Origin: Candidatus Vogelbacteria bacterium
GTDB lineage: Bacteria; Patescibacteriota; Minisyncoccia; Phycocordibacterales; JACRKE01
DNA length: 64,000 nt
Assembly: GCA_016215335.1 (NCBI GenBank)
Contig: JACRKE010000026.1
Span: forward strand, 1,711-65,710
Direction of reading: 5' to 3'
Part shown: one piece after another, positions 1 through 8,572 of the stretch
Position numbering within the stretch: the stretch's first letter is position 1
Layout of the letters: each line of letters starts with the position of its first letter
Made by a program: the position numbers and the translations under genes
Notes under the pieces: model-generated
What the model was told of the DNA's origin: nothing
Databases searched by the model: none
Seen by the model: only the letters and a program-made list of their open reading frames with translations

Positions 1-18
1 TGGGCGTATAGTTAAGGG

Positions 19-768
19 ATGGGAAAACCGGATTCTAACAGTCGGAAGAACGTACTCGTAGCTGTACTTAAAGACGAGAGAGATTTTAATTTACTTTTTT
101 GTGAGTATTGGTATCGCATTCCCCAAATCTATTTACCAAAACGTAAATTTACCCACATTGCTTTTTATCAACCCGCAATTTTCGGCAAGGATGGGAAATG
201 CGTACGATTTTATGGTCGCATTGCAGACAAGGAAATGCGAACGCGATTAGAACTATTGCCAAACGAACCCAACCACCCGCGAGCGAACGATAGCTATTGT
301 AAATTTACATTCGAAAAAATAGTTGAGTTAAGACACTCAGTCAGAAACATAATTCCGCGACGTGTATCGTTCGGATTCACAGATATTGCGAGCCTAAGAC
401 GTGCAAACGACATTCTCGAGCTGTACCATGTTCCAAAAACTGAGCAGATTGTTGCTGACACGCTTAAATCAAGAGGTATTCCTGTTAGAACTGAGCTGAC
501 AGTAATCGACCCAAAAAGCAAAAGAAGAGTTCGTGTCGATCTAGCCATAGAATGTACCAATGGAGACATTGCGATTGAGTGCGACAACGACAAGGCGCAC
601 AAAGGTAAGCTTCAGCAAAAACGGGATGGCGCAAAAGACATGCTCCTGGATCAACTTGGCTGGCATGTGATGCGATTGAAAGAACATGACATACTGAATG
701 GTCTCGAAAGTGTAATTACACAAATCCAGACAAAAGTGCACTCACTTGGCCACCAGGTGGCCAAGTGA
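19..768 (+). CDS. DUF559 (Vsr/restriction-endonuclease-like fold) domain protein; the N-terminal ~170 aa are uncharacterised
   Basis: C-terminal block VDLAIECTNGDIAIECDNDKAH...RDGAKDMLLDQLGWHVMRL fits the DUF559 signature (acidic E/D core, GW-x-V-x-R tail). Confidence 0.5.
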   Translation: MGKPDSNSRKNVLVAVLKDERDFNLLFCEYWYRIPQIYLPKRKFTHIAFYQPAIFGKDGKCVRFYGRIADKEMRTRLELLPNEPNHPRANDSYCKFTFEKIVELRHSVRNIIPRRVSFGFTDIASLRRANDILELYHVPKTEQIVADTLKSRGIPVRTELTVIDPKSKRRVRVDLAIECTNGDIAIECDNDKAHKGKLQQKRDGAKDMLLDQLGWHVMRLKEHDILNGLESVITQIQTKVHSLGHQVAK

Positions 769-826
769 GTGCACGACCGAGAGTGTTCTAGTGGAATTAG
801 AGTGCTGTAGGTAATATAATGATCAA

Positions 827-1633
827 ATGCCGGAGAATACTTTTGAGACAATAAAGAAGAAAGATGATAACGGGCGGGACTATTGGTCGTCTAGGGACTT
901 AGCCAAGGTGCTTGAGTACCCGGACTACAGGAAGTTTTTAAATGTCATTGAAAAGGCTAAGGTTAGCTGCGAAAACAGTGGGGAAGCGGTCGTTCACCAT
1001 TTTGTCCATACGGGCCAAATGGTGAACATTGGTTCAGGGGCGGAACGGCCCGTCGATACTATTTTCCTTTCACGCTACGCCTGCTACCTTATCGTACAGA
1101 ACTCCGACCCGACAAAGGTGGTGGTGGCTAAGGGGCAAACATATTTTGCTATTCAAACTAGAAGACAGGAACATACCGATAATCTAGTCGAAGATCACAA
1201 GCGAGTTTTTCTTCGTGAGGAGATGAAGAAGCACAATGCGAGTCTTATTAAGAGTGCTGCTCGGGCTGGAGTTCAAAACTATTCAATCTTCCAAAACGCG
1301 GGTTATAAAGGTTTGTACGGCGAGCTCACATCACAAGACATTCACGAAAGGAAGAGCCTGAAAAAGAGCGAATCAATTCTTGACCACATGGGTTCAGAAG
1401 AGCTCGCCGCCAATCTTTTCCGAGCCACTCAAACCGAAGCTAAACTAAGACGGGAAGGAATCAAGGGTGATGACAAAGCAAGCTTTGCGCATTACGAGGT
1501 GGGTAGGAAAGTAAGAAACACAATCAGAGAGCTTGGCGGTTCGATGCCTGAGGAGTTGCCGAGCCCAGATGCAATAGGCAAAGCCCGAGTTCGTATAAAG
1601 GAAGAGTCTAAAAAGAAACTTACGAGTGATTAA
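827..1633 (+). CDS. dinD: DNA-damage-inducible protein D (DinD)-like, BRO-N domain protein
   Basis: DYWSSRDLAKVLEYPDYRKF...SRYACYLIVQNSDPTKVVVAKGQTYFAIQTRRQE parallels E. coli DinD (FWSARELA...SRYACYLVVQNGDP...GQTYFAIQTRRQE). Confidence 0.7.
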   Translation: MPENTFETIKKKDDNGRDYWSSRDLAKVLEYPDYRKFLNVIEKAKVSCENSGEAVVHHFVHTGQMVNIGSGAERPVDTIFLSRYACYLIVQNSDPTKVVVAKGQTYFAIQTRRQEHTDNLVEDHKRVFLREEMKKHNASLIKSAARAGVQNYSIFQNAGYKGLYGELTSQDIHERKSLKKSESILDHMGSEELAANLFRATQTEAKLRREGIKGDDKASFAHYEVGRKVRNTIRELGGSMPEELPSPDAIGKARVRIKEESKKKLTSD

Positions 1634-1686
1634 ACTCTTAACTATTATCCCCTTTACATTGATGTTTTTCGCATTATACTTGCGGT

Positions 1687-2994
1687 ATGAATGAACTCTT
1701 GGACCGTGCCAAGAAGGTTCACCTCGTAGGAATAGGGGGGTCTGGTATGTCTGCCATTGCACGGCTCCTTCTTCTTGAAGGCAAGCACGTGAGCGGGTCG
1801 GATCGAGATGACTCCAAAACTTTAGACGAATTGCGCGTCGCAGGGGCGCGCATTTTCGTTGGACATCGTTCTGGAAATCTGCCTACAGACACAGACCTAG
1901 TAGTTCACACAATCGCTGTTGATTATGAAAATCCAGAACTCGAGAGGGCCAAGTCGATGAATATAAAGACCATGACTTATCCTGAGGTGCTTGGCCTGAT
2001 TTCAAAGGATAAGTTTACAATCGCAGTTTCCGGCACACATGGCAAAACTACAACGACAGCTATGGTCGGTAAGTTGTTGCGCGATGCCGGACTCGATCCC
2101 ACAGTGATCGTTGGAAGCAGAATGTTAAATCCTGAAAGCAATTTGGTAGTGGGCAAGAGCAAATATCTTGTAGTTGAAGCATGTGAATATAGGAGATCGT
2201 TTCTAAATATCGAACCGAATATTGTTGTCATCACAAATATAGATAGAGATCACCTAGACTATTTTGGGGACTTACCCGAGATTCAGCGCGCTTTCGGTGA
2301 ATTCGCGGCAAAGCTTCCATCGGACGGGGCTTTAATATGCGCAGCAATCAGGTCTCGTGTTGCAACGGTGAAAGCAAAGACGAAAGCAAAAGTTATAGAT
2401 TACGAACTATGTGAACCTTTAACACGAGATTTTAAATTGCGACTCCCCGGGGCGCACAACCAATGGAATGCACAGGCGGCAGTGGCTGTTGCTGAATATC
2501 TAAATATTCCCCACGGAGTTATCAAAAAGTCACTCGAAACTTTCAAGGGAACGAAACGAAGGCTTGAATATAAAGGCAAAACATTTAATGACACTCTTGT
2601 CTACGATGACTATGGCCACGCACCGAGTGAGATAAGAGCAACACTTTCGGCCCTTAGAGATCTATATCCTGACAAGAAAATTACCATAGTGTTTCAACCG
2701 CACCTGTACAGTAGGACTCGTTTGCTACTAGGTGAATTTGGTGGAAGTTTTGAAGAGGCAGATAACGTAATAATAACCGACATATTTGCTTCACGAGAAC
2801 CTAACGATAATTCAATACATGCAAAGGATCTGGTATCTCGCATAAACAAGAATGGAGTACAAAAAGCTTCGTATATCGAAGATTTCATGTCTATTTATGA
2901 GCTCATGCGTGAAGGTGAACTTAAAACAGATATACTACTGGTTGAAGGTGCGGGCAGTGTGGGCGCTCTGGCAGACGCGCTCATAAAGGAGTAG
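1687..2994 (+). CDS. murC: UDP-N-acetylmuramate--L-alanine ligase
   Basis: N-terminal VHLVGIGGSGMSAIARLL and the Mur ligase P-loop GTHGKTTTTAMV; length 435 aa. Confidence 0.9.
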   Translation: MNELLDRAKKVHLVGIGGSGMSAIARLLLLEGKHVSGSDRDDSKTLDELRVAGARIFVGHRSGNLPTDTDLVVHTIAVDYENPELERAKSMNIKTMTYPEVLGLISKDKFTIAVSGTHGKTTTTAMVGKLLRDAGLDPTVIVGSRMLNPESNLVVGKSKYLVVEACEYRRSFLNIEPNIVVITNIDRDHLDYFGDLPEIQRAFGEFAAKLPSDGALICAAIRSRVATVKAKTKAKVIDYELCEPLTRDFKLRLPGAHNQWNAQAAVAVAEYLNIPHGVIKKSLETFKGTKRRLEYKGKTFNDTLVYDDYGHAPSEIRATLSALRDLYPDKKITIVFQPHLYSRTRLLLGEFGGSFEEADNVIITDIFASREPNDNSIHAKDLVSRINKNGVQKASYIEDFMSIYELMREGELKTDILLVEGAGSVGALADALIKE

Positions 2995-3010
2995 ACTTAA
3001 GTTTCTAGTT

Positions 3011-3050
3011 TTTTGGACACTCGGTGTCCATGGACACCGAGTGTCCAAAA
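3011..3050. terminator. Perfect 40-bp palindrome flanked by T-run and A-run (bidirectional rho-independent terminator candidate)
   Basis: TTTTGGACACTCGGTGTCCATGGACACCGAGTGTCCAAAA is its own reverse complement; it lies between the murC stop and the rsmI start. Confidence 0.6.
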
Positions 3051-3053
3051 AAT

Positions 3054-3743
3054 ATGGCTGATCTATTTATTGTAGCAACTCCAATTGGGAATTTGGAAGA
3101 TATTACACTTCGTGCTCTTCGAGTGCTCGGAGAGGTTGACTTAATATTGTGTGAAGATACTCGAGTGACGCGTAAACTTTTAGATCATTATGAGATTAAG
3201 GTTCCAGTGGAGAGCTATCATGAGCATAGTGATCTCACAAAAACAGAAAAGATTTTGTCTAAACTCGAGAATAGAGAAAATATTGCGCTTGTAACTGATG
3301 CCGGCACTCCTGGAATTTCAGATCCCGGATCAAAATTGATTACAGAGGTTCGTAAAAGATTTGGCCTCGACGTTAAGATCCACGTAATACCAGGCCCGAG
3401 CGCCCTCACGGCAGCGCTCTCAATTTCCGGCTTGGATCAAACAGAATTTGAATTTCTGGGATTCTTACCGCACAAGAAAGGTCGAGAGACAATATTCAAA
3501 AGAATAAAAGAGACCGAAAACGCTTTCGTTTTTTACGAATCTCCCCATAGAGTTATAAAAACCCTTATTTCGCTTATGGAATTTTTAAATCCAGAACGTC
3601 AAATCTTTATCGCGAGAGAGCTTACAAAATCGTACGAAGAGTCGTTTGCTGGTACTGCAAAAGAGGCACTAGACTATTTCACATCGAACCCGGACAAAAT
3701 TCGAGGAGAATTTGTTATAATAGTAATGCCTATTAAAAACTAA
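3054..3743 (+). CDS. rsmI: 16S rRNA (cytidine1402-2'-O)-methyltransferase
   Basis: LFIVATPIGNLEDITLRALRVL..LCEDTR...DAGTP.ISDPG...FYESPHR matches RsmI/tetrapyrrole-methylase-like motifs. The start is moved to the ATG at 3054, downstream of the palindrome; the track ORF began at 3024 inside the hairpin. Confidence 0.85.
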   Translation: MADLFIVATPIGNLEDITLRALRVLGEVDLILCEDTRVTRKLLDHYEIKVPVESYHEHSDLTKTEKILSKLENRENIALVTDAGTPGISDPGSKLITEVRKRFGLDVKIHVIPGPSALTAALSISGLDQTEFEFLGFLPHKKGRETIFKRIKETENAFVFYESPHRVIKTLISLMEFLNPERQIFIARELTKSYEESFAGTAKEALDYFTSNPDKIRGEFVIIVMPIKN

Positions 3744-3752
3744 TTTAATATC

Positions 3753-4175
3753 ATGAAAAAACTATTTTGGAAAAACTGGATCGTGCTTCTTCTTGGCTTC
3801 ATTGTTCTACTAATGCCATTCATGGGGTTTCCTACGAAAGTCAGCAATTGGATCTACTTTATATCCGGTCTTATTATTGTAATTTTGTCTTATGTTGTAG
3901 GGAGAGGATTAAGTTACGCATATTCCGCGCCGGCAGGTGTGACAGATACTCTGATTGATCAGGTGCAAAAGAAGCCAGCCAGCCGCCAGTTGAAGAAAAA
4001 GAAAACAGAGTCTGTACTCGTAGAAGAAATAAACGACAGAGTGGTTACTCCTACTCCAGATTATGCAGATATGAAGACTGATGAACCTATGGTGAGCGAA
4101 GAGCCTTTCAAAAATTCAGAAGATTCAAAACCTGAAGATTCATTCAGTAATAGTGGTAACGATATAAACAAGTAA
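3753..4175 (+). CDS. hypothetical membrane protein (two TM helices, acidic C-terminal tail)
   Basis: hydrophobic stretches WIVLLLGFIVLLMPFMGF and IYFISGLIIVILSYVV; no recognisable domain. Confidence 0.4.
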   Translation: MKKLFWKNWIVLLLGFIVLLMPFMGFPTKVSNWIYFISGLIIVILSYVVGRGLSYAYSAPAGVTDTLIDQVQKKPASRQLKKKKTESVLVEEINDRVVTPTPDYADMKTDEPMVSEEPFKNSEDSKPEDSFSNSGNDINK

Positions 4176-4179
4176 AACA

Positions 4180-5367
4180 TTGATGCGCTCGGGACTCTTA
4201 CTCTGCCTTCTGATTGTTGTCGCTGGCGTTTCGGCAGTGCTTTATACTCTAGGCAGCATTAGTGACGAGAATTTGGTATATGGAAGCAGAACTACTATGA
4301 AGGCTCTTAAAGTGCCGATGGTCGCAAGTGTCGCATCTTCAACCATAGAGTCTAAACCCGAAATTATAGTTACTCACAGAGAGACTCCAGATGCCGTAAA
4401 GGCGATTTATATGACAAGTTGGGTGGCTTCGACACCCTCTATTCGAGAAAGGTTGATTCGCATCGTGGACACTACAGAGATAAATTCAATCGTAATTGAC
4501 GTGAAGGACGATACGGGCAGAATCGCTTATGAGTCTGACAATGTGCTTATCAAATCGTACGGATCATATGACGGTAGAATAAAGGATTTAAAGAAATTTA
4601 TTGCTGTACTTCACGATAAAAATATTTATGTCATAGGACGCATAGCGGTTTTCCAAGACTCTTTTCTACCAACGGTTAAGCCGGAGCTTGCACTGCACAA
4701 TACTAAGACAGGCTTGATTTGGAAGGATCGCAAAAGCCAGCTTTGGTTAAACCAGCTTAATCCTATCGTATGGGAATACGTTGCCACTGTTGCGAAAGAT
4801 GCATATGCACAAGGCTTTGATGAGATAAATTTTGACTACATTCGCTTCCCGTCAGACGGCAATATAAGCGAGATTGATTATGGAATGGCTTCGACTACAG
4901 TATTAAACAAGCCCCAAGAGTTAAACAAATTTTTTGCATATTTGCGTAAGGAAGTTGGGGACGAAGGTATTCCAATTTCGGCCGACTTGTTTGGCCAGAT
5001 TACTTCTGAAAAAGATGACATGGGAATAGGCCAGACTATTGCGGGAGCCGCAAAATATTTCGACTACATCGCACCCATGATCTATCCATCGCATTACTAT
5101 TCTGGATACATGGGTTTGAGTAAGCCGGTCGATCATCCGTACGAAGTTGTGAAGTATGCACTTTTGCAAGGAAGTATGAAGCTCACGAACGCAAGTTCCT
5201 CGCCTTCAAAATTGCGGCCGTGGCTTCAGGATTTTAGTCTTGGTACTACTTACACTCCCGCAATGGTAAAGACTCAGATTAAAGCCACGTACGATAGTGG
5301 ACTCACTTCGTGGATGCTCTGGGACCCATCCAATAAATATTCTGAGAGCGCCTTGGAAAAGGAGTAA
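4180..5367 (+). CDS. putative glycoside-hydrolase-like TIM-barrel protein (COG1306/DUF4015-type), signal-anchor N-terminus
   Basis: N-terminal TM; KAIYMTSWVAS...EINSIVIDVKDDTGRIAY...FDEINFDYIRFP resembles the GHL10/DUF4015 family. Confidence 0.45.
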   Translation: MMRSGLLLCLLIVVAGVSAVLYTLGSISDENLVYGSRTTMKALKVPMVASVASSTIESKPEIIVTHRETPDAVKAIYMTSWVASTPSIRERLIRIVDTTEINSIVIDVKDDTGRIAYESDNVLIKSYGSYDGRIKDLKKFIAVLHDKNIYVIGRIAVFQDSFLPTVKPELALHNTKTGLIWKDRKSQLWLNQLNPIVWEYVATVAKDAYAQGFDEINFDYIRFPSDGNISEIDYGMASTTVLNKPQELNKFFAYLRKEVGDEGIPISADLFGQITSEKDDMGIGQTIAGAAKYFDYIAPMIYPSHYYSGYMGLSKPVDHPYEVVKYALLQGSMKLTNASSSPSKLRPWLQDFSLGTTYTPAMVKTQIKATYDSGLTSWMLWDPSNKYSESALEKE

Positions 5368-5383
5368 TTAGTATCATAATTCC

Positions 5384-5427
5384 CCTATATACTATGTACT
5401 ATTTACTATATACTATTTACTAATAAT
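5384..5427 (+). promoter_or_regulatory. AT-rich promoter-like element, copy 1 (tandem-duplicated core)
   Basis: CTATATACTATGTACTATTTACTATATACTATTTACTAATAA ends 3 nt before the ATG at 5431; same family as the copies at 47965-50390 and 61757-61797. Confidence 0.5.
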
Positions 5428-5430
5428 GCC

Positions 5431-7278
5431 ATGGATCGCGTAACATATTTTGCTGAAACAGACTCAAGAGGCCATCGCCAGAAATTCGGTATCAAAACCG
5501 AAGACCGGGCGCGCCATTTTTATGTAATTGGAAAGACGGGACTAGGCAAGTCTACACTTCTAGAGAATCTTGCCGTTCAGGATATTCAGAATGGTGAAGG
5601 GATGGCATTTATTGATCCACACGGCGGAACTGCCGAAAAGCTTCTCGAGTACATTCCGAAAGAAAGACTGAAAGATCTTATATACTTCGCCCCCCACGAC
5701 CTAGAATTTCCAGTGGCGTTTAACATCATGGAGAATGTGGGAAAGGACAAAAACTTCCTTGTAGCGAACGGTCTAATGGCAACATTCAAAAAGATCTGGC
5801 CGGATGTCTGGTCAGCTCGCATGGAGTACATTTTGAACAACGTCCTTCTGGCACTTTTAGAGTTTCCTGGCTCGACTCTTCTTGGAGTCAACCGTATGCT
5901 TTCTGATGCTGCGTATCGTCTGGAAGTTGTAAACAATGTTACAGACCCTTCCGTACGTTCTTTCTGGGTGGATGAATTCGCAAACTATACAGAGCGTATG
6001 GCGGCCGAGTCGGTGCCTGCAATTCAGAATAAAATCGGTCAATTTATCTCAAATCCGCTTATTCGCAATATCATCGGTCAGCCGAAGTCGACTTTTAACC
6101 TCCGTGAAGTGATGGACGACAGGAAGATTTTGATCATGAACTTGTCGAAGGGGAGAGTGGGCGAAATTAATGCGAATCTTCTCGGAGGCATGCTCATTAC
6201 AAAGATTTATCTTGCAGCGATGTCTCGCGCGGATAAGACGAACGCTGAGATCAAACAGTTGCCATACTTTTATTTTTTTGTAGACGAATTCCAGTCCTTC
6301 GTTAACGATACTTTCGCTGACATTCTTTCGGAGGCAAGAAAATACAGGTTGTGTTTGACGATGGCTCACCAGTACATTGAACAGATGCCGGAGAAAGTGC
6401 GTGACGCGGTTTTCGGGAACGTCGGTACTACTGTTGCATTCCGCGTGGGACCGCTTGATGCAGAAATTTTAGAGAAGCTTTTCATGCCGACTTTTACAGT
6501 GGAGGACATTGTGAACCTCTCATTTGCTCAGATTTATCTTACGCTTATGATCGACGGCGTAGGCTCATCTCCTTTTTCCGCAAGAACTCTTCCGCCGATT
6601 CCCGCACCATCTGAAAACATAAAATCACTCGCTATTGAAACTTCTAGGAAACTGTACGCAAGACCGAGAGCTGATGTTGAAGGTGAGATTCAGGCATGGC
6701 ATAAACCGAAAGAGGGAAGTGCGGAAATAAAGCCAGCTTTTAAAAAAGAATCTTGGGAAGAAGGTCGCTCACGTGATTCGAGGTCGCGTTCAAGTGCCCC
6801 TAAGTCATCGATGTCTAGTGGTCCGAGAAGCGGTGTGGCACCTAGAAGCAGAGAAAGGTCTGGAAGTGCGGATAGGCCAAGACGTCAAGACTTTAAGGAG
6901 AAATTAAAGCAGGCAATCGAAGTTGCTCCTGCGGCTCCGACAGAGCCAGCAGTGTCACTTAACAATTTAAGAAGAGGCGGCTCTGAAACTGGCAACAGGG
7001 GACAGAACATGAATACGCTCCGGAGCGCACTTCAAAATGTTTTAGAGGAGACAAAAAAATCAGCACGGGTAGCAGAAAAGGTACCAGCAGGTACCTTTTC
7101 TAATGCTAAGCCTGTGCAAAGAGACTCGAGACCTCAAGCCGTAGTAATGCCGCAAGAGAAACCCAAGACCAAAGAGAACGAAAAGAGCGAGGATATGAAG
7201 AGAGAGGAGTCAAGACCGGAGAAGCAAAAGAATGAAGTTCCGGAAGATGTTTTGAAAAATTTGCTTAAAATGGATTAG
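5431..7278 (+). CDS. TraD/VirD4/HerA-superfamily P-loop ATPase (T4SS coupling-protein-like) with disordered Arg/Ser/Lys/Glu-rich C-terminal tail
   Basis: Walker A VIGKTGLGKST, Walker B-like FFVDEFQSF; the C-terminal ~200 aa are low complexity (SRDSRSRSSAPKSSMSSGPRSG...). Confidence 0.5.
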   Translation: MDRVTYFAETDSRGHRQKFGIKTEDRARHFYVIGKTGLGKSTLLENLAVQDIQNGEGMAFIDPHGGTAEKLLEYIPKERLKDLIYFAPHDLEFPVAFNIMENVGKDKNFLVANGLMATFKKIWPDVWSARMEYILNNVLLALLEFPGSTLLGVNRMLSDAAYRLEVVNNVTDPSVRSFWVDEFANYTERMAAESVPAIQNKIGQFISNPLIRNIIGQPKSTFNLREVMDDRKILIMNLSKGRVGEINANLLGGMLITKIYLAAMSRADKTNAEIKQLPYFYFFVDEFQSFVNDTFADILSEARKYRLCLTMAHQYIEQMPEKVRDAVFGNVGTTVAFRVGPLDAEILEKLFMPTFTVEDIVNLSFAQIYLTLMIDGVGSSPFSARTLPPIPAPSENIKSLAIETSRKLYARPRADVEGEIQAWHKPKEGSAEIKPAFKKESWEEGRSRDSRSRSSAPKSSMSSGPRSGVAPRSRERSGSADRPRRQDFKEKLKQAIEVAPAAPTEPAVSLNNLRRGGSETGNRGQNMNTLRSALQNVLEETKKSARVAEKVPAGTFSNAKPVQRDSRPQAVVMPQEKPKTKENEKSEDMKREESRPEKQKNEVPEDVLKNLLKMD

Positions 7279-7363
7279 ATATGACAATCGAGGAAAAAAT
7301 AGAAAAGATAGATCATATGCATGCCATTGAGTACTTACGTGGAGTACTGTAGGATGGCCTAGT

Positions 7364-8572
7364 ATGAAAAAGCGTGTTTTAATATTTTCTCTAGCCTGGT
7401 TTCCATTTGAAAGTGGGGCTGAAAACGCCCCTAGAATTGTTGCCGATAGACTATCTGACGAGTATGAATTTGACGTAATAGCGTACCGTTTTAAGCGAAA
7501 TTGGCTCATTGTTGAGAAGGTCGGCAACGCGACGGTGTATAGGGTTGGTCGCCCCGTACCACACAAGACTGCCTTGTGTGGTACGGGGTCTTCGGTGGGA
7601 GTCTATTTCTGGCGCTGGAATGAAAGATTCGCCAAATACGGTTATATTTTTTGGGGTTTTATAAAGGCGGTTCAATTACACTCAAAAAATCCTTATGACC
7701 TGACATGGTCGATTATGGCGGGTTATACCGGTGGAATCGCTTATTGGTTTAAAGTATTTAATCCTAAAGTTCCTCTGCTTCTTACTCTTCAAGAGGGTGA
7801 CCCTTTTGAGCACATTATGAGACGAGCAGGTATTACGAAATATTGGTTTCGAGACTTGTTTAATAAAGTAGACGCAGTGCATGCAATCTCGAACTATCTG
7901 GCAGACTTTTCAAAACAGATGGGATTCCGCGGTACGCCTGTAGTAGTGCCAAATGGAGTTGATGTTGAGAAATTTTCCAATCCACTTGGAAGCTTAGCTT
8001 ACAAGTGGATGCTACGTGACAAAAAACAAATTATTCTAATTAACACATCCAGACTCGTACACAAAAATGCGCACGACATAATAATACGTGCTCTTAAGCT
8101 TCTCCCTGAAAACGTAGTTTACAAAAACGTAGCCCAGCATGGCGATTTGCAGGATGAGTTGCTAGAACTTGCGAGAAAAGAAGGCGTATCTCATCGAGTG
8201 TTTCTGTTGCCTGGACTACCTCATGACAAAATTGCAGAGTGGCTTCACACTGGCGACATTCTGGTCCGGCCATCTAGAACAGAGGGATTAGGCACATCAT
8301 TTATCGAAGCCATGGCTGCAGGTTTACCAATTGTTGCAACTCCTGTGGGGGGCATACCTGATTTTCTTATAAACGAAGTTACGGGCTTGTTTGCAGAAGT
8401 TGATAATCCCGAAAGTGTTGCCGAGTGTATTAAACGGCTGATTAATGATTCGAATTTAAGAGAGAAAATAATCAAAAACGCTGAAGAGCTGGCAAAAAAA
8501 GAGTACGATTGGAAAGTAGTCGCCTCCAAACTAAAAAAAGTAATAGATGATACTATTCCAAAAACTGTTTGA
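7364..8572 (+). CDS. glycosyltransferase family 4 (GT-B)
   Basis: C-terminal EGLGTSFIEAMAAGLPIVATPVGGIPDFL (Glycos_transf_1 signature). Confidence 0.8.
   Translation: MKKRVLIFSLAWFPFESGAENAPRIVADRLSDEYEFDVIAYRFKRNWLIVEKVGNATVYRVGRPVPHKTALCGTGSSVGVYFWRWNERFAKYGYIFWGFIKAVQLHSKNPYDLTWSIMAGYTGGIAYWFKVFNPKVPLLLTLQEGDPFEHIMRRAGITKYWFRDLFNKVDAVHAISNYLADFSKQMGFRGTPVVVPNGVDVEKFSNPLGSLAYKWMLRDKKQIILINTSRLVHKNAHDIIIRALKLLPENVVYKNVAQHGDLQDELLELARKEGVSHRVFLLPGLPHDKIAEWLHTGDILVRPSRTEGLGTSFIEAMAAGLPIVATPVGGIPDFLINEVTGLFAEVDNPESVAECIKRLINDSNLREKIIKNAEELAKKEYDWKVVASKLKKVIDDTIPKTV

Noticed and set aside
3024-3053. Track ORF start of rsmI at 3024 (MSMDTECPKNMADLF...)
   Set aside because: The first 30 nt lie inside the perfect 40-bp palindrome/terminator. 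The conserved RsmI N-terminus begins at the ATG at 3054.
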